Counted from the stretch's first letter, positions 14,251 to 27,745 are shown. The stretch is DNA of 64,000 bases from Octopus vulgaris (GCA_951406725.2 OX597832.1:5084001-5148000), one strand, 5' to 3'. Notes: generated by a model not told the origin, from the sequence alone. Numbers and translations are program-made.

Positions 14251-14522
14251 TTGTTGTATTTTGGGATGGTCATTTTTTTTTTGCCAAATAAACACACGCA
14301 CTATTTATTTGTCCTTCATTTGTTTATTACTGGACTAAGCAGAGCAGAAGCACACAATAGGATGGAAAATGTCACTGAAGAGATCACAGATGTGAGACGA
14401 AAGATTTACGGAAAAAAGGACATGAGTTAAAATAAGAACAGTAATAAGTGAGTGAAGAATGAATATATTGTGCAAAAAAAAATATTGAGGGAAAAAAAAA
14501 TGACCATCCCAAAATACAACAA
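14251..14522. mobile_element. MITE-like element with ~30-bp TIRs
   Basis: ttgttgtattttgggatggtcatttttttt and its reverse complement at the other end, flanked by TA. Confidence 0.7.
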
Positions 14523-14562
14523 TATACACACGCGCACACACACACACACACACATGCATACA

Positions 14563-14740
14563 TATTGGGTCATCCCATAAATAACGTGGCTTTTTTTATA
14601 CTACTTTTATTTTTCAAAATTAAGCTAAACAAATCTAAAATATACTCTCCTTCATTTTCTACAGTGCTCTTCCATCTATCCGGTAGACTTGCAAGGCACC
14701 TCTTCCAAAATTCACTTGTCTGTGACGAAAAATACTTCTT
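14563..14740 (-). mobile_element. mariner 3' end fragment
   Basis: Encodes SEFWKRCLASLPDRWKSTVENEGEYI, followed by a TIR-like end. Confidence 0.65.
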
Positions 14741-15649
14741 GGTGACATGTAAAAAGCACCAACTGATTATGACCATTTGCCAGCTTCCTCTGGTCCCTGT
14801 GCTAGTGGTATGTAAAAGACACCCACTACACTCACAGAGTGGTTGGTGTTAGGAAGGGCATCCAGCTGTAGAAACACTGCCAGATCAGCCTGGAGCCTGG
14901 TGCAGCCTCCTGGCTTCCCAGACCCTGGTTGAACCGTCCAACCCATGCTAGCATGGAAAATGGACGTTAAACGATGATGATGATGATGATGATGATTATA
15001 TATAGATTTTGTATGTCAGGCTCACACTATTCCTCTGTACACTTCTAATAACCAATCTGAAACAATGTGAATCACGCATACCATAGTAATGCTACTTCAT
15101 TATTCTTGTAATGACCTGAACTTTCCTTTTTCTTTATGGCTTAGTCGAAAGGAGGTAAAGGAGTGCTCCTAACTCTTTTTGTGCTCTCCATATATAGTGG
15201 GAGGAGAACCTGGTCTGAATGAATGCTTGCAGTAGAGTGGTCTTTACTAAAGGCAGCCAGGACCAGAGAAAGGTATCAAAATGTGTGACAGACAATATAG
15301 TCAGTGTTTTCTTTTTCTTCCCTTAACTGTATATCACTTGGGATCTCTGATTCTGGCCATTTGCTCAAATGTTTTCTAAACCAGTAGCACATATAAATTC
15401 AAAATCAACTGGCTATTTCATGTGTGTGTTAATTATAAAGGAATAGATTATTAAAGAAGGCATGAAAGAAAAAAAAAATACAGTTATTTGAATAAAAGCA
15501 AATAGCTTTATGTGTTATTATACAATGCAATATTTGTACTTACATTGTGGAGGGGAAGTTTGCTTAATACCAAGTAAACACTCCCTGCACAATAACATCT
15601 CATATTATATGCATGCATACATATATACAAACATATCTACATACATATA

Positions 15650-15687
<38 letters not shown>

Positions 15688-15765
15688 CTACAAAGTAAGA
15701 TAGGGGTTATGAGGGTAACCCACTATGGGATGATTGAAATGAATTTGTTCCTCCATTTTCTTATT

Positions 15766-15769
<4 letters not shown>

Positions 15770-15832
<63 letters not shown>

Positions 15833-15945
15833 CATATATATATATATACATATATATATACATATATACACACACATATATATATATACATATATATATA
15901 CATATATACATATATACAACCCATGCTACACATATATATATATAT

Positions 15946-15979
<34 letters not shown>

Positions 15980-15980
15980 T
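15770..15980. repeat. (TA)n/(TACA)n microsatellite, representative of many tracts
   Basis: Direct reading. Other tracts include (CT)n at 21218-21283, (TAGA)n at 59599-59680, (ATT)n at 63564-63616 and (CA)n at 22750-22804. Confidence 0.95.
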
Positions 15981-17438
15981 TAATCTCATAACATATATAC
16001 AGCTAATATATTTTTATTGAAATACCTGCATCTTTCTTTTTTTGAAATACCTGCATCTTTCTTTTTCTGTTTTTGTATTCTAAAGTTTGCATGAACTTTA
16101 ACTGTTGATGCTTTTCATAGTTTTCATAGCTTACTTTCAAAAGACCAAGACATGTTGTTCAGACTTGGTCTTTTCAAAAGTTCTTTTATTGACAAAACCA
16201 AATATTCAAGTTTTGACCTGAATATTCACAACAGTGTCTTACCTGTAATGTATTTGTTTTTGCATTCCTTTCTGGCGTATTACTTAAAGCATTCCATTCA
16301 GGACAAAACTATTTACTACGCCTCATTTAAATGAACATACTAAATAGTTGCTAGCTGATAATAGATGTTTTCTGACATTTTTAATGTTATTTTTAGTATA
16401 TGTAAAACTGTTTGTTGTTTTCCAGTCTCTTACTCAATTTTTTTCTTAGCATTGAGATTATAATTTGAAGGTGTATAATCCCCCTATATTTATAAAACAA
16501 AATTGTAAGAAATGTATTTTTAGCCATTTAAAAGCACATTATTTAAATGCATTTTATGTAATTTTGGGATGGAAAAACTCTTTTTTTTTTCTTATTAAAT
16601 TTAAATAAGAAACATTGTCACTCCTTTGTTGCTTCATCTTCAGTTAGAATTACTTTATTTAAACGTATTTAGATGTACTTATTTGTTCTACATTATTTTT
16701 TTTTTTAGTGGTATGAGAGTTGAATGGTTAACGACCTACGTGTCATCATTCTGCTTTCATAAGTAAATCTTAACTCCTTTCTCTACTTCTGTGTGTAAGA
16801 CTGTTAAAGTCTTCTTTCTGACACCAATTGCCTTTTTTTACAATTTGTGAGGTTATTTTTTTCTTTATACAACTCATAATAAGCTTTTATATTTTTAGTT
16901 TTCTACTCAGTATTGGATTTTTGCTTTATAATCCATGAAAGCAGTTTTTCTCAGCTCTTAGTGTTCTGAGTTCAAATCCTGCTGAGATCAGCTTTGCCTT
17001 TCATTCTTCAGGGTTGATAAAGTTAAGTACCAGTCAATTTAAAAACAGCTATTTATGGTATTGGCTTACCTACTCCCCTTAAAATAAAAAAAAAATTGCT
17101 GGCCTTGTGTCTATATCAGAAGCCATCTGAGAAGATCTAAGAATGAATATACTATAAAGAACTGTTATACTTATTCTTGCTGCTATAACAAGAATTATAA
17201 CAGAATAAATTTGACCCAAGTATATATATCAGTAAAATGTTTTATTTAATCACTGCTTATTGGTTTCACTTCTTACCACACAGTGTTGCTGTGTGGTAAG
17301 AAGCTTGCTTCCTAACCACATGGTTCCAGGTTCTGTCCTACCGTGTGACACCTTAGGCAAGTGTCTTCTACTATAGCCTTGAGCCAACCAAATCCTCACG
17401 AGTGGATTTGGTAGATGGAAACTGAAAGAAGCCTGTTG

Positions 17439-17471
<33 letters not shown>

Positions 17472-19095
17472 CTTTGTGTCTGTGTTTGTTCTCCCATCAC
17501 CGCTTGACAACCAGTGTTGGTGTGTTTATGTCCCCATAACTTAGCAATTCAGCAAAAGAGACTGATAAAATATGTACTAGGCTTAACAAAATAAGTTCTG
17601 GGGATGATTTATTTGACTAAAACCCCTCAAAGCAGTCCTTCAGCATGGGTGTGGTCAAATGACTGAAACAAGTAAAAGAACAGAAGAATATGTAATAAAT
17701 ACTTATATCTAAATTCATTCTTTTACATTTCTTTTTCTTCATAGAAATATCCAAAATACACAAAAAAAATAAAAAAAAAAAAACTACTATTGAACACTTT
17801 TCATTTTTAGGTAAAATGATTCTTCTCATTCCAGATTCCTTATTTAGCAGTATGTGTTGTCTTTTGTTAAGCTTTTATAAACCAAGACATTCTCTCTTTA
17901 TTACCCAAAAAAGGAAAACCTCTAACTCTCAAAACAAAAAAGTTTGTTGATATCTGACAGGTCAATTGCTAATCAACAATTAGAAATATGAATGAAACAT
18001 ATTTTAATGTTTTGGGTATCCCTAAATAGCCTTAGTTAGGTTTCAAAAGTTATGCCTCAGTCTATTGTAATCACTACAGAGGACGAGATGTCTTTGAGCA
18101 CCCTATATTTCTGGAAGGCATTAGTGCTGTTAGAAGCATATTTCCAAATGGAGACCTATTTATGTTGTTTAATGTATGAGATCAGCTAATATCTCTTAAC
18201 TGATATAAAGATGATGGCTTGAATTTTCATAATTTCTCTAGATATTTTGATAGTTGGCTTATTCTAATTTTCTTTTTATATCATGTATCTTATGACCAAC
18301 AGCATTAGTTTCTAACAGATCAATTATTGGCTTACTGCATTTCTGATAGCAATTATGACAAAGGAATGTCTGTGTAACTGGAATGGAATAAATACTATGA
18401 AGTATTTTTGCGCAATGGCAGCTGTTTATTGGCAGTTTTCTTGGCAGTGTATATACCTTTTGCTTGTACACATACACCAGTTTATAAATATAATGGGGTT
18501 CTGCACGTTTTTCATCTAATTTTATTCACAAGATATTGGTGAACCTGGTACTATGGTAGAAGACAATTGCTCACGGATCCGTATAGTAGAATGAAACTCA
18601 TAATCACATGGTTGTAAAATGAACTTCTTTGCTAACAATAAATATGTCAGCATTAATTTTGGAGGAGGTTATTTCATTTGTTACTCATGCAAAAGGAATG
18701 AATTTGTGGGTAGCTATCAATCATGTTCCTTGACTCTACCAAGAAGATGAATAAAAAAGAAATACGTTGGTTCTTTGAAGGACAGATGACTTTGACTTCA
18801 GTGGTAGGCTTTTCCATTATCCTTGTCACCATTTCTTAAATTATATTATTATTGTTGTGAAACAAAAGTGACTAATATACGGTCTCAATATATACTTTAT
18901 CAAAGTTGGGATAACTGATACTCCAGTCTCAAACTAGTTCTTGTTTGCTCCAAAGTAAGATGATATCAGTGAGGTGAGATCCATGAGACTTACTTGTGAG
19001 TGTGTATACTACAAAGGTTCTTTTGCATGGTTGGTACAAGAAACTGATTTGAAATAAACAAACCTTTAGATCAGTTCAAATATATTTGAGACATA

Positions 19096-19503
19096 GGCGC
19101 AGGAGTGGCTGTGTGGTTAGTAGCTTGTTTACCAACCACATGGTTCCGGGTTCAGTCCCACTGCGTGGCACCTTGGGTAAGTGTCTTCTGCTATAGCCTC
19201 GGGCCGACCAAAGCCTTGTGAGTGGATTTGGTAGACAGAAACTGAAAGAAGCCCGTCGTATATATGTATATATATATATATGCGTGTGTGTGTTTGTGTG
19301 TCTGTGATTGTCTCCCTAGCATTGCTTGACAACCGAGGCTGGTGTGTTTATGTCCCCGTTTCTTAGCGGTTCGGCAAAAGAGACCGATAGAATAAGTACT
19401 GGGCTTACAAAGGAATAAGTCCCGGGGTCGAGTTGCTCGATTTAAGGCGGTGCTCCAGCATGGCCTCAGTCAAATGACTGAAACAAGTAAAAGAGTAAAA
19501 GAG
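19096..19503 (+). mobile_element. tRNA-derived SINE family A (CORE-like), representative copy
   Basis: A box tggctgtgtgg, B box ggttcagtccc, CORE-like ccttgggtaagt, internal (TA)/(TG) tract, tail gaaacaagtaaaagag. Other copies near 720(-), 9945, 10480(-), 13635, 17285, 19955, 24738, 29869, 37638, 43445, 49200(-), 49815(-), 53627, 54170(-), 54725(-), 59750(-), 61385(-) and 61785. Confidence 0.88.
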
Positions 19504-19616
19504 TATATATGACCTGTAAAAAAGGGCTATTTTCACTGTGGTTTGTCATGGAGAAAAATTTTCACATTAGGCAAAAGATGTAAAATGCCAAAGTCATTTC
19601 AGACATCCCCTATGGA

Positions 19617-19659
19617 CTACATATGCATTTTAAGCTCTTTATGCTCTCATCAGTATTAG
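19617..19659 (-). ncRNA. CpG-decayed hammerhead motif
   Basis: ATA CTGATGA GAGC ataaaga GCTT AAAA TGCA TA^TGT. Confidence 0.55.
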
Positions 19660-21215
19660 ATACTAAGAGGGACAACTCTGAAATGATTGGAAGTCTTGTC
19701 TTCCTTATAGAAAATCAGTAGAAATTTACTGATCATGTGCACTGGCTGCTAGGCCAATATAAATCTGTGGTATAAATTGGTTCAGTGTTTTTTAATTTAT
19801 AATATTTTAATTTTTGTATGATGATCTAAAGATATTCTTTTAATAATAATTGCCAATAATTAAATCGCACCTTTATAAAACTGTTAGTCATAGGCTGTGT
19901 GAAGGTGCAGGTATGGCTGTGAAGGTGCAGGCATGGCTGTGTGAAGGTGCAGATATGGCTGTGTGGTAAGAAGTTTGCTTCCCATCCACATGGTTCTGGG
20001 TTCAGTCCCAGTATGTGGCTCTTTGGGAAAGTGTCTTCTATAACCTCAGGCCAGCCAAAGCCTTGCTAGTGGATTTGGTTGACAGAAACTGAAAGAAGTT
20101 TTTTTTTTTTTTGTGTGTGTGTGTGTGTGTGTTCATCACCACTGCTTGACATCTGATGTTGGCTTGTCTATGTTCCTGTAACTTAGCAGCTTAGCAAAAA
20201 AGACTGATAAAATAAGTACCAGGCTTAAAAAATGAGAACTGTTGTCAATTCATTTGACTAAAATTCTTCCAGGCAGTGCCCCAGCATGGCCCCAGTCTAA
20301 TGACTGAAACAAGTAAAAGAATAAAAAGAAGAACCATTTTGAATGATGAAGATGATGGAGATGACAAATTATAGTTTTCCTTAATTTAACTATTGTTACC
20401 ATTGGTTGGTGCCAATATTAGGATTAAAATTAAGGTGGCAAGCTGGAAGAATTGTTTGCATGCCAGGCGAAATGCTTAGCGGCAGTTTGTCTGTCTTTAC
20501 GTTCTGAGTTCAAGTTCCATCAGGGTTGATTTTGACTTTCTTCCTTTTGGGGTCAATAAAATAAGTACCGGTTGAGCACTGGGGGTCAGTTTAATTGATT
20601 AGCTCCTCCCTGAAACTTGCTGGCCTTGTGTCTAAATCTGAAACCAATATTAGGATTAAATTTGTAATGTTATTTAATTTCATACCAAGAATATTAATAA
20701 ATTAAGCTTATACCATTTTTAGGTAAATTTCCTCTTTTTGTAGAAGAAATTAAGAAGGTGAAACTATTTACTGAATAAGGATGTGATGAAAATATTCTCC
20801 TTTTAATTAAAACTTGTATATCTTCATGGCCAAACAGACTGTGTCGAATATTATGATTTGGCTAACTTCTTTTTGTCACCTATAACTGGACTTTGTACCT
20901 TTGCTTAGGCACCAAAATGTTTTAAATCAGTCAACACTTGGCATAACTGGATTAATGTAGCTTACTTGTAAATTGTTTGTTGGTTTTGAATAATTCATTT
21001 TTTACTGATAATGCATTAGCTAGAATGTTTATGTAAGGCGTTGCTAACTAAACTATAATGGAATGTCAGTCTTTAATATCACTCTAGCTTTCTTGATTAT
21101 TGATGTTGTATTAAAGGAGTTTACTTTCAAATTTGGTGAAAGGAATGAGGAATAGTTACTTCATGTTTGAGAACTGATTCCCCTGTATATAAATATATTT
21201 TGAGAAACTGAATAT

Positions 21216-21287
<72 letters not shown>

Positions 21288-22318
21288 CCCCCTCCCCCAT
21301 CTCTCTTTATTCAATAGACTTGTGACTATAGTGAAGCAAGAATTTTCAAATTAATTCTCAAATAAACACTTAGTTTATATAGACAACAGCAAATCAACAG
21401 TTCCATTGTCCCAGATGTGCTAGTTTTGCCAACCAAAGTATTTTTCTTGCTGTAACTAGTAGTGTATAGATTTTTGATACAAACATAACTGTTTGGGATA
21501 AAGCTGGTGATATGATATGTTAGGATATGAAGGTGTTAGAAGTTTAAACTGTGTTATTGAATCGGTATAGATTTTTATCCATGTGGAAATGGCAGACTGT
21601 GTAATGAAATATAACAGGGAATCATGGACAGTGAAGCACGAATATCATGCAGCAACTAGGCAAGAATGAGCAACATTCTGTTGGTTGTATCATGTAATTT
21701 AAAAGGGAGATGAAATGCAAATGAGTTGGACAAATTACTGAGTATCAGAGATGTTGGTTAGTGTAGCAGGTGATAGTCTATGTAAGCAAGGTGATCGAAG
21801 ATAGAAAAATAGTTATATAAGTGTATATGCATATTTCAAGAGTTATTGTTCTTTCAACAACAACACATCCGACCCACCAACTATCCACAAATGCATTGCT
21901 TAAATATCCACTAAGTTTAGCAGTGTAACACTATTGGATAAATCAATTTACATATTGAACACATTCCTAGCAACTGGTACATCATCATCATCATCATTTA
22001 ACGTCCGCTTTCCATGCTAGCATGGGTTGGACGGTTCAACTGGGGTCTGGGGAGCCCGAAGGCTGCACCAGGCCAGTCAGATCTGGCAGTAATTGCTAGT
22101 AAGGACACAGTATTTTATTTTGCAACCCTAATATAGTACCAAGTTTATTAAAGGTTTTCAAGTTAATATTGTGTCTTTTGTGTTAGCAGTGCAATGTTCT
22201 TGTTTTTAAGTTTATCTCTACAAATTTTTTGTAGAGTTCAGAGCCAGCACTGAAAGTTATAATGTTTCGTATATGAATACGTCTACATAAACAATGGAAT
22301 TGAAAATAGAAAAAAATA

Positions 22319-22381
22319 GGTTAGTGGGTGTATATGCACATTTCAAGAGTTCTTGCTCTCTCATCAGTACCGCACCCAACC
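22319..22381 (-). ncRNA. Type I hammerhead ribozyme motif with extended stem I
   Basis: Minus strand: ggtt gggt gcg GTA CTGATGA GAGAG caagaa CTCTT GAAA TGTGCA TA^TAC accc act aacc. Confidence 0.8.
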
Positions 22382-22657
22382 CACCAACTATCCACGAGTG
22401 CATTGCTTAAATATGCATTAAGTTTAGCAGTGTAACACTATTAGATAGACTAATTTACATGTTGAACACATTCCTGGCAACTGGTATGTAAATATTAATT
22501 GCTAGCAAGGACACAATAACAGGAGATATTGTACTTCTGGTTGGTGTATGCAGGAGGTAGTGTACTTGAATTGAAATCCTTTGTAATAATTTTCAATGTG
22601 TACTTTTATATTTGGTGCAAGGCAGTTCTCTCTTCTTCGTCACTGTGTGTGTATGTA

Positions 22658-22690
<33 letters not shown>

Positions 22691-22748
22691 ATGTATGTAT
22701 GTATGTATGTATGTACGTACGTACGCACGCACGCACGCACGCACGCAT

Positions 22749-22809
<61 letters not shown>

Positions 22810-23123
22810 GTGGACTTTTAAGCTAGCTCCTGCAGAGGGCTAATTGGGCCTGCAGTCCAAAACTAAAGAGAGGAATAATAATAAAGCATTTATTGGTATC
22901 CTACCATCTCAGATTTCTGTCACAGAATATCACATTTGGAGAATGTTGTATCACTGTGACATGTGGAGATCACTGTAAAGCAGCAGGATAAACAACATTC
23001 TTGGTTTTACCATTTGATGTGGGTATGAAGAGGTTGTTGTCATTTTCAACTCTGGAACAACCAACTGAGCTGACCATGGGAAAAGCATTGCTGCATAAAG
23101 TGAAGTTCAACAATTTTCCCAAG

Positions 23124-23166
23124 ACACCTGATGAAGGCTGGAGGGTATATCAGCCGAAACGTGTTA
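23124..23166 (+). ncRNA. Minimal hammerhead-like motif with unclear stem I
   Basis: CTGATGA a GGCTG gagggtatat CAGCC GAAAC GTGT. Confidence 0.5.
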
Positions 23167-24312
23167 ACAAGAAACAAGATGAGGACAAATATCCGTGAAA
23201 TGTAAATAATTTAAATAATGTATATATTGCTAGGTTATAATAAAGTGAGGTGGAAATTTAGAAGCTTGATATGGCTGTATAAATTACTGCAGGATTGACT
23301 TTAACCCTACCTTAGATTTAAGTCCGAAACTGAGACTCTTATTTCTCAATGTTTTGTACAACAACTAGGAACTAAATGAGATTAAATTCAATCAGATTAA
23401 AATGGACATGTAATATGAGATACTTATTTATGATGGCAATTTGAAATTTCTGTGTAACTGAATTTTAGATTCTGTGCAATTTTTACACCCTATATGCATT
23501 GCTATGATTTATAAAAAGATTCCAATTCAATGAGAATATCAATTGCTACTTGAAAGTCAAACGAGATATTACCCTGACATTTATCCTGTAAACTCATGTA
23601 TCTCCTATTTGTGTGAAGGATACTAACTTATACATTGCTTGCATTGAAGTATTCAAAAGTCCACCTTTGTAAGTGTGAACATATTAGGGCTTGTTCTTGT
23701 CTACTGTTAAGGAACTGTTGTTGTAAAAGACATTGAGAAATACACTTCGGGGTCTAGGACTCTCAGTTTTGAACTTTATTGTAGTTGTCTTGGATTTACA
23801 CTCCTGAAATTATTCCTAATTCAGTGAAGTGAACTCAAGATTTACCCATTGGATGAATTACGGTGGGATTCTGCACCCTAAGTAATCCTAGGTGTGCCTT
23901 ACTACTCAATGCGATTACCTTGAATCCAGATTATAACCGAGTCCTAGTATACAGTAACAAGCTGGATAATTTATCGCTACATACACATCATTTTAAATAT
24001 ATATATATTTATATATATATATATATATATATAACCCTGTTATCTGCCCTACTTTCCCTCTTGCGTCTAACGTCTGATCTCTGACTTCTGGCCGAAATCA
24101 GACCACCATGTTGATTCGTTAGCTCCTGCATGCATTTTTTTTCTCTCCTTGTTTCTCTCCGTGTTTCTTTTCTGTGTATCTTTCTGTTGAAGAGCGTAGG
24201 CTCGAAACATAAAACACTTGTTTTATTTCCATTCCTGAGCGCCATACTAATACAATTGTTTGTTTGTACTCCACCTGCCTTCGTCTTTTGTTTATTTTCG
24301 TAAAGCTTCCTG

Positions 24313-24349
<37 letters not shown>

Positions 24350-24352
<3 letters not shown>

Positions 24353-24854
24353 GGTGTGATGGGTACATTGTCACCATTTTATATTTTTAATTTCATGCAT
24401 GTGGATTGTTTGTTTCTGATTTTGTCACCTACACAGTATGGTAGGGTCAGTTGGGCACTGTCTGTGAAAAAAAAAGCCCCATGACACAATTCACTCAGCC
24501 AGAAATTTGGAAATAATATGCTGTACTGCTTGGCATTTGCGCTGGAAGTTCCAATAGGAATATTTCATAGTGTTTGGGTGTCAATCTGAGGACATGTACC
24601 AAGAGTGATAAAAATCAAACATCCAGTCAACATCATGGTGTTTAGAGTGACCACTAGTGATGGTGACATTATGCCTCCATTCATCTTCCTCCAAGGCCTC
24701 AGACTCAACATGGAGGCCTACATCAGGTGCCTGGAGGTGGTTCCGGGTTCAGTCCCTCTGCATGACACCTTGGGCAAGTGTCTTCTACTATAGCCTCGGG
24801 CCGACCAAAGCCTTGTGAGTGGATTTGGTAGACAGAAACTGAAAGAAGCCCGTC

Positions 24855-24894
<40 letters not shown>

Positions 24895-25183
24895 TGTGTG
24901 TATAGGTTTGTATCTGTGTTTGTCCCCCCAACATCGCTTGCCAACTGATGCTGGTGTGTTTACGTCCCCATAACTTAGTGGTTTGGCAAAAGAGACCAAT
25001 AGAATAAGTACTGGGCTTACAAAGAATAAGTCCTGGGGTCTATTTGCTCGACTAAAGGTGGTGCTCCAGCATGGCCATAGTCAAATGGCTGAAACAAGTA
25101 AAAGAGTATATTTGTTAAAATGAGATGTCAGTGTTATTTTCATTTTTGCGTAATTTAGATGACAGTGTATTCACCACACCCTG
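24350..25183 (+). mobile_element. maT derivative interrupted by a SINE (24738-25107)
   Basis: ta|cagggtg...caccctg|ta ends; encodes KHPVNIMVF. Confidence 0.82.
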
Positions 25184-25457
25184 TATATGTATACGCAATC
25201 ACAAACATAAATACTCAGTATATCGTTGACCGAGATATTCAGCTATCATGTCTCATGACCTGGTTCTTTTGCCAGCTGTAGCAGATGATTCTCCTCTGTC
25301 ATCGATATAAACAAGAGTGCTTTTATGCACCACAGTCCTTATGAGAGATTCTCTCATGCTAAATAACGCAGTATTCAGTGTTCTAACACAACATCAGCAT
25401 TAGGTTGGCAATAACAATTGCTTTTTGTATCAGTATTGCTTCTGTCGCTATTAATTA

Positions 25458-27075
25458 TCTCTTATTATAAAAGGCAGATTTTATCTGCCTCCCTTTGGGA
25501 GTTATAGAAATCTACAATATAGGATTTCTTCAATTACAATTTACCTAGCATTTTTAAGAGTACAATGCATCGCGTCATGCCAGGTCAAGTTTTTAAAATT
25601 TAAACTCCAATTAAGCAAAATTTACAGAAAACTCACATTCTGGTGTGTGTGTCAAATGCTTTTCTTAGTCTGGTTTACACCACACGCAAACGCACACACA
25701 CAGTGTGCAACGAATAAAATGAAAGTAAATAGCGACAGAGTGATTTGAGGAAGACTAAACTGAAAGTATTTAAACCACTACTCAAAAAATAAAGAAACAC
25801 AGCAAACAGAAACAAATAAATACATAACGATTTACTCCTCACACAATTTCTTCAATTAGAGTTTACCTAAGATTTTTCAGAGTACTTCAGTGGGTGATGC
25901 CATAAAAAATTTCTTTCAATTTTACCACCAATTAAGACAAAATTCGAGAAAACTCAATATTTTAACATATCACTCCGAAAGCATTGATGTACATGTGTGC
26001 GTGCGTGAGTGTGTGTGTGTCATTCCTCACACACACGCATACACATACATATACAACTACATACAACTACATACACATACAACTACATACAAACATGTGT
26101 GTGTTTGTTATTAGTAAAAAAGGCGCCAAATCACAACTCACTTATCATTCCAACACATTTGCAAAGACACACGGACGGACAGAAAAGGTAAATTGGTTTT
26201 TATTTTACTCTGTATATATTTTATTATATAATATTATATATAGATATATGTATATATAATTGCAGTATGAAATAGTGTTTATGTATAAACAGATGACACT
26301 TATATATAGTTATTATAATAAGAGATTAATAAATGTATGCATCCGTTTAACCCTTTCGTTACCAAGCCGCCCGAATTTACCTATTCATATTTAAATGAGA
26401 ATATCAGAGCAAATCTCTTTAGTACATTCGTGAAAACACGTATTATACTTTGTAAACACTTCAACTACAGTTTTGTACAAAAATCGAAGTGTAATTTTAA
26501 TTCCGTGAATTATGGGAGATTTTTTTCCGAAATTTGTTCCTATTGTGTTTTCAAAATTTGTAATTCTGACAAAAAATGGATACGAATTTCATTATATCAA
26601 GCAGCGAGTCAGAATTCGAAGGATTTTCTACTGAAGACCTTCATAAATCTAACTCTATGACTGAAAAAAAAAAAGCATCTTTATATAAGAGTGAAGTTGT
26701 GTGGTGTCTGTCTCCTACGATTTAGATTCCTAACTACTCCCACATTTTGCGGTGCAGTTTAACCAAAAGCGGGTATCTTATAGTCGTGATTCATATCGAG
26801 CCCTTCTGGGTATTAGCGTGCGTCTACGATGAGTCTACGATTTAAAAAAATTTACCATCATATTTTTCCATTTTAATGCATTTTTTTCGCTTTTATATAA
26901 GGGAAGAAACTCTCTAAAAATATCTACGATGTGTCAACGATTTAAAAAAAAATTTACCTTAATTTTTTTTCAATTTTTAATGCATTTTTTTGCTATTTTT
27001 TGGCTATGACTCTCTAAAAATGCTTATATAGTTATTTCCCTTACAATGCCGAGCAACGCCGGGCGATACTGCTAG
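25458..27075 (+). mobile_element. Non-autonomous Helitron, composite
   Basis: A|TCTCTTATTATAAAA start; 3' hairpin ccgagcaacgccggg followed by CTAG|T; a second TC start at 26678. Confidence 0.75.
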
Positions 27076-27745
27076 TTGTTTAATAAATCTACTGGCTATT
27101 TGTGATATCAGTACCTGAATGAACTACTTCCCTATCCTTCCCATCCCACCCCACCCCATCCCATCCCTTACACCCCCTCCCACATACCCCACCTCTATCC
27201 CCACCCTCTGCCTACCCACATACCCCAACTCTACCCCAACCCTCAACCTAACCCACACTCCACCTGTGTTTTCCCCACTCTTGCCTCCCCCACCTCCCAA
27301 CAACATCACACCACACCACACTACACCATACCACACTACACATCACATCACAACACACACCACCCACACACCAGCATTGACCAATTCCCATCCCCACATT
27401 TTCACACCTACACATACACACACACACACACACGTCAAGACCACCAGCCCTCTTCCACACGCACATATGTAATCTCTTACACACACATGCACCTTCATTT
27501 TGGGATCACCTTTACTTTGTTATCTCCCCTACTTATTTGCTCTCCTGTGTGACCCTTCTGTCTGGCAGTCGTCATGATAGATCGGTAGCCAATACACACA
27601 TTTTTTTCTCTCCTTGTTTCTTTTTGTGTTCCTTCTGTAGGCTCGAAACGTAAAAGACTTTTTCAATTCCTGAGCGTTATATCAATACATCTGTTTGTTT
27701 TCTACACCACCTGTCTTTGTCTTTTGTTTTTTTCGTGAATTCTCC

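Noticed and set aside
19096-19165. tRNA gene
   Set aside because: The A and B boxes belong to a SINE head; no complete cloverleaf.
21491-21512. WDKAG resembling the RABL2 WDTAG motif
   Set aside because: No splice acceptor context, and a stop codon follows within a few codons.
23287-23340. ctgcagga...gactt...aagtccgaaac possible hammerhead
   Set aside because: Needs an insertion in the core and lacks a clear stem III and cleavage triplet.
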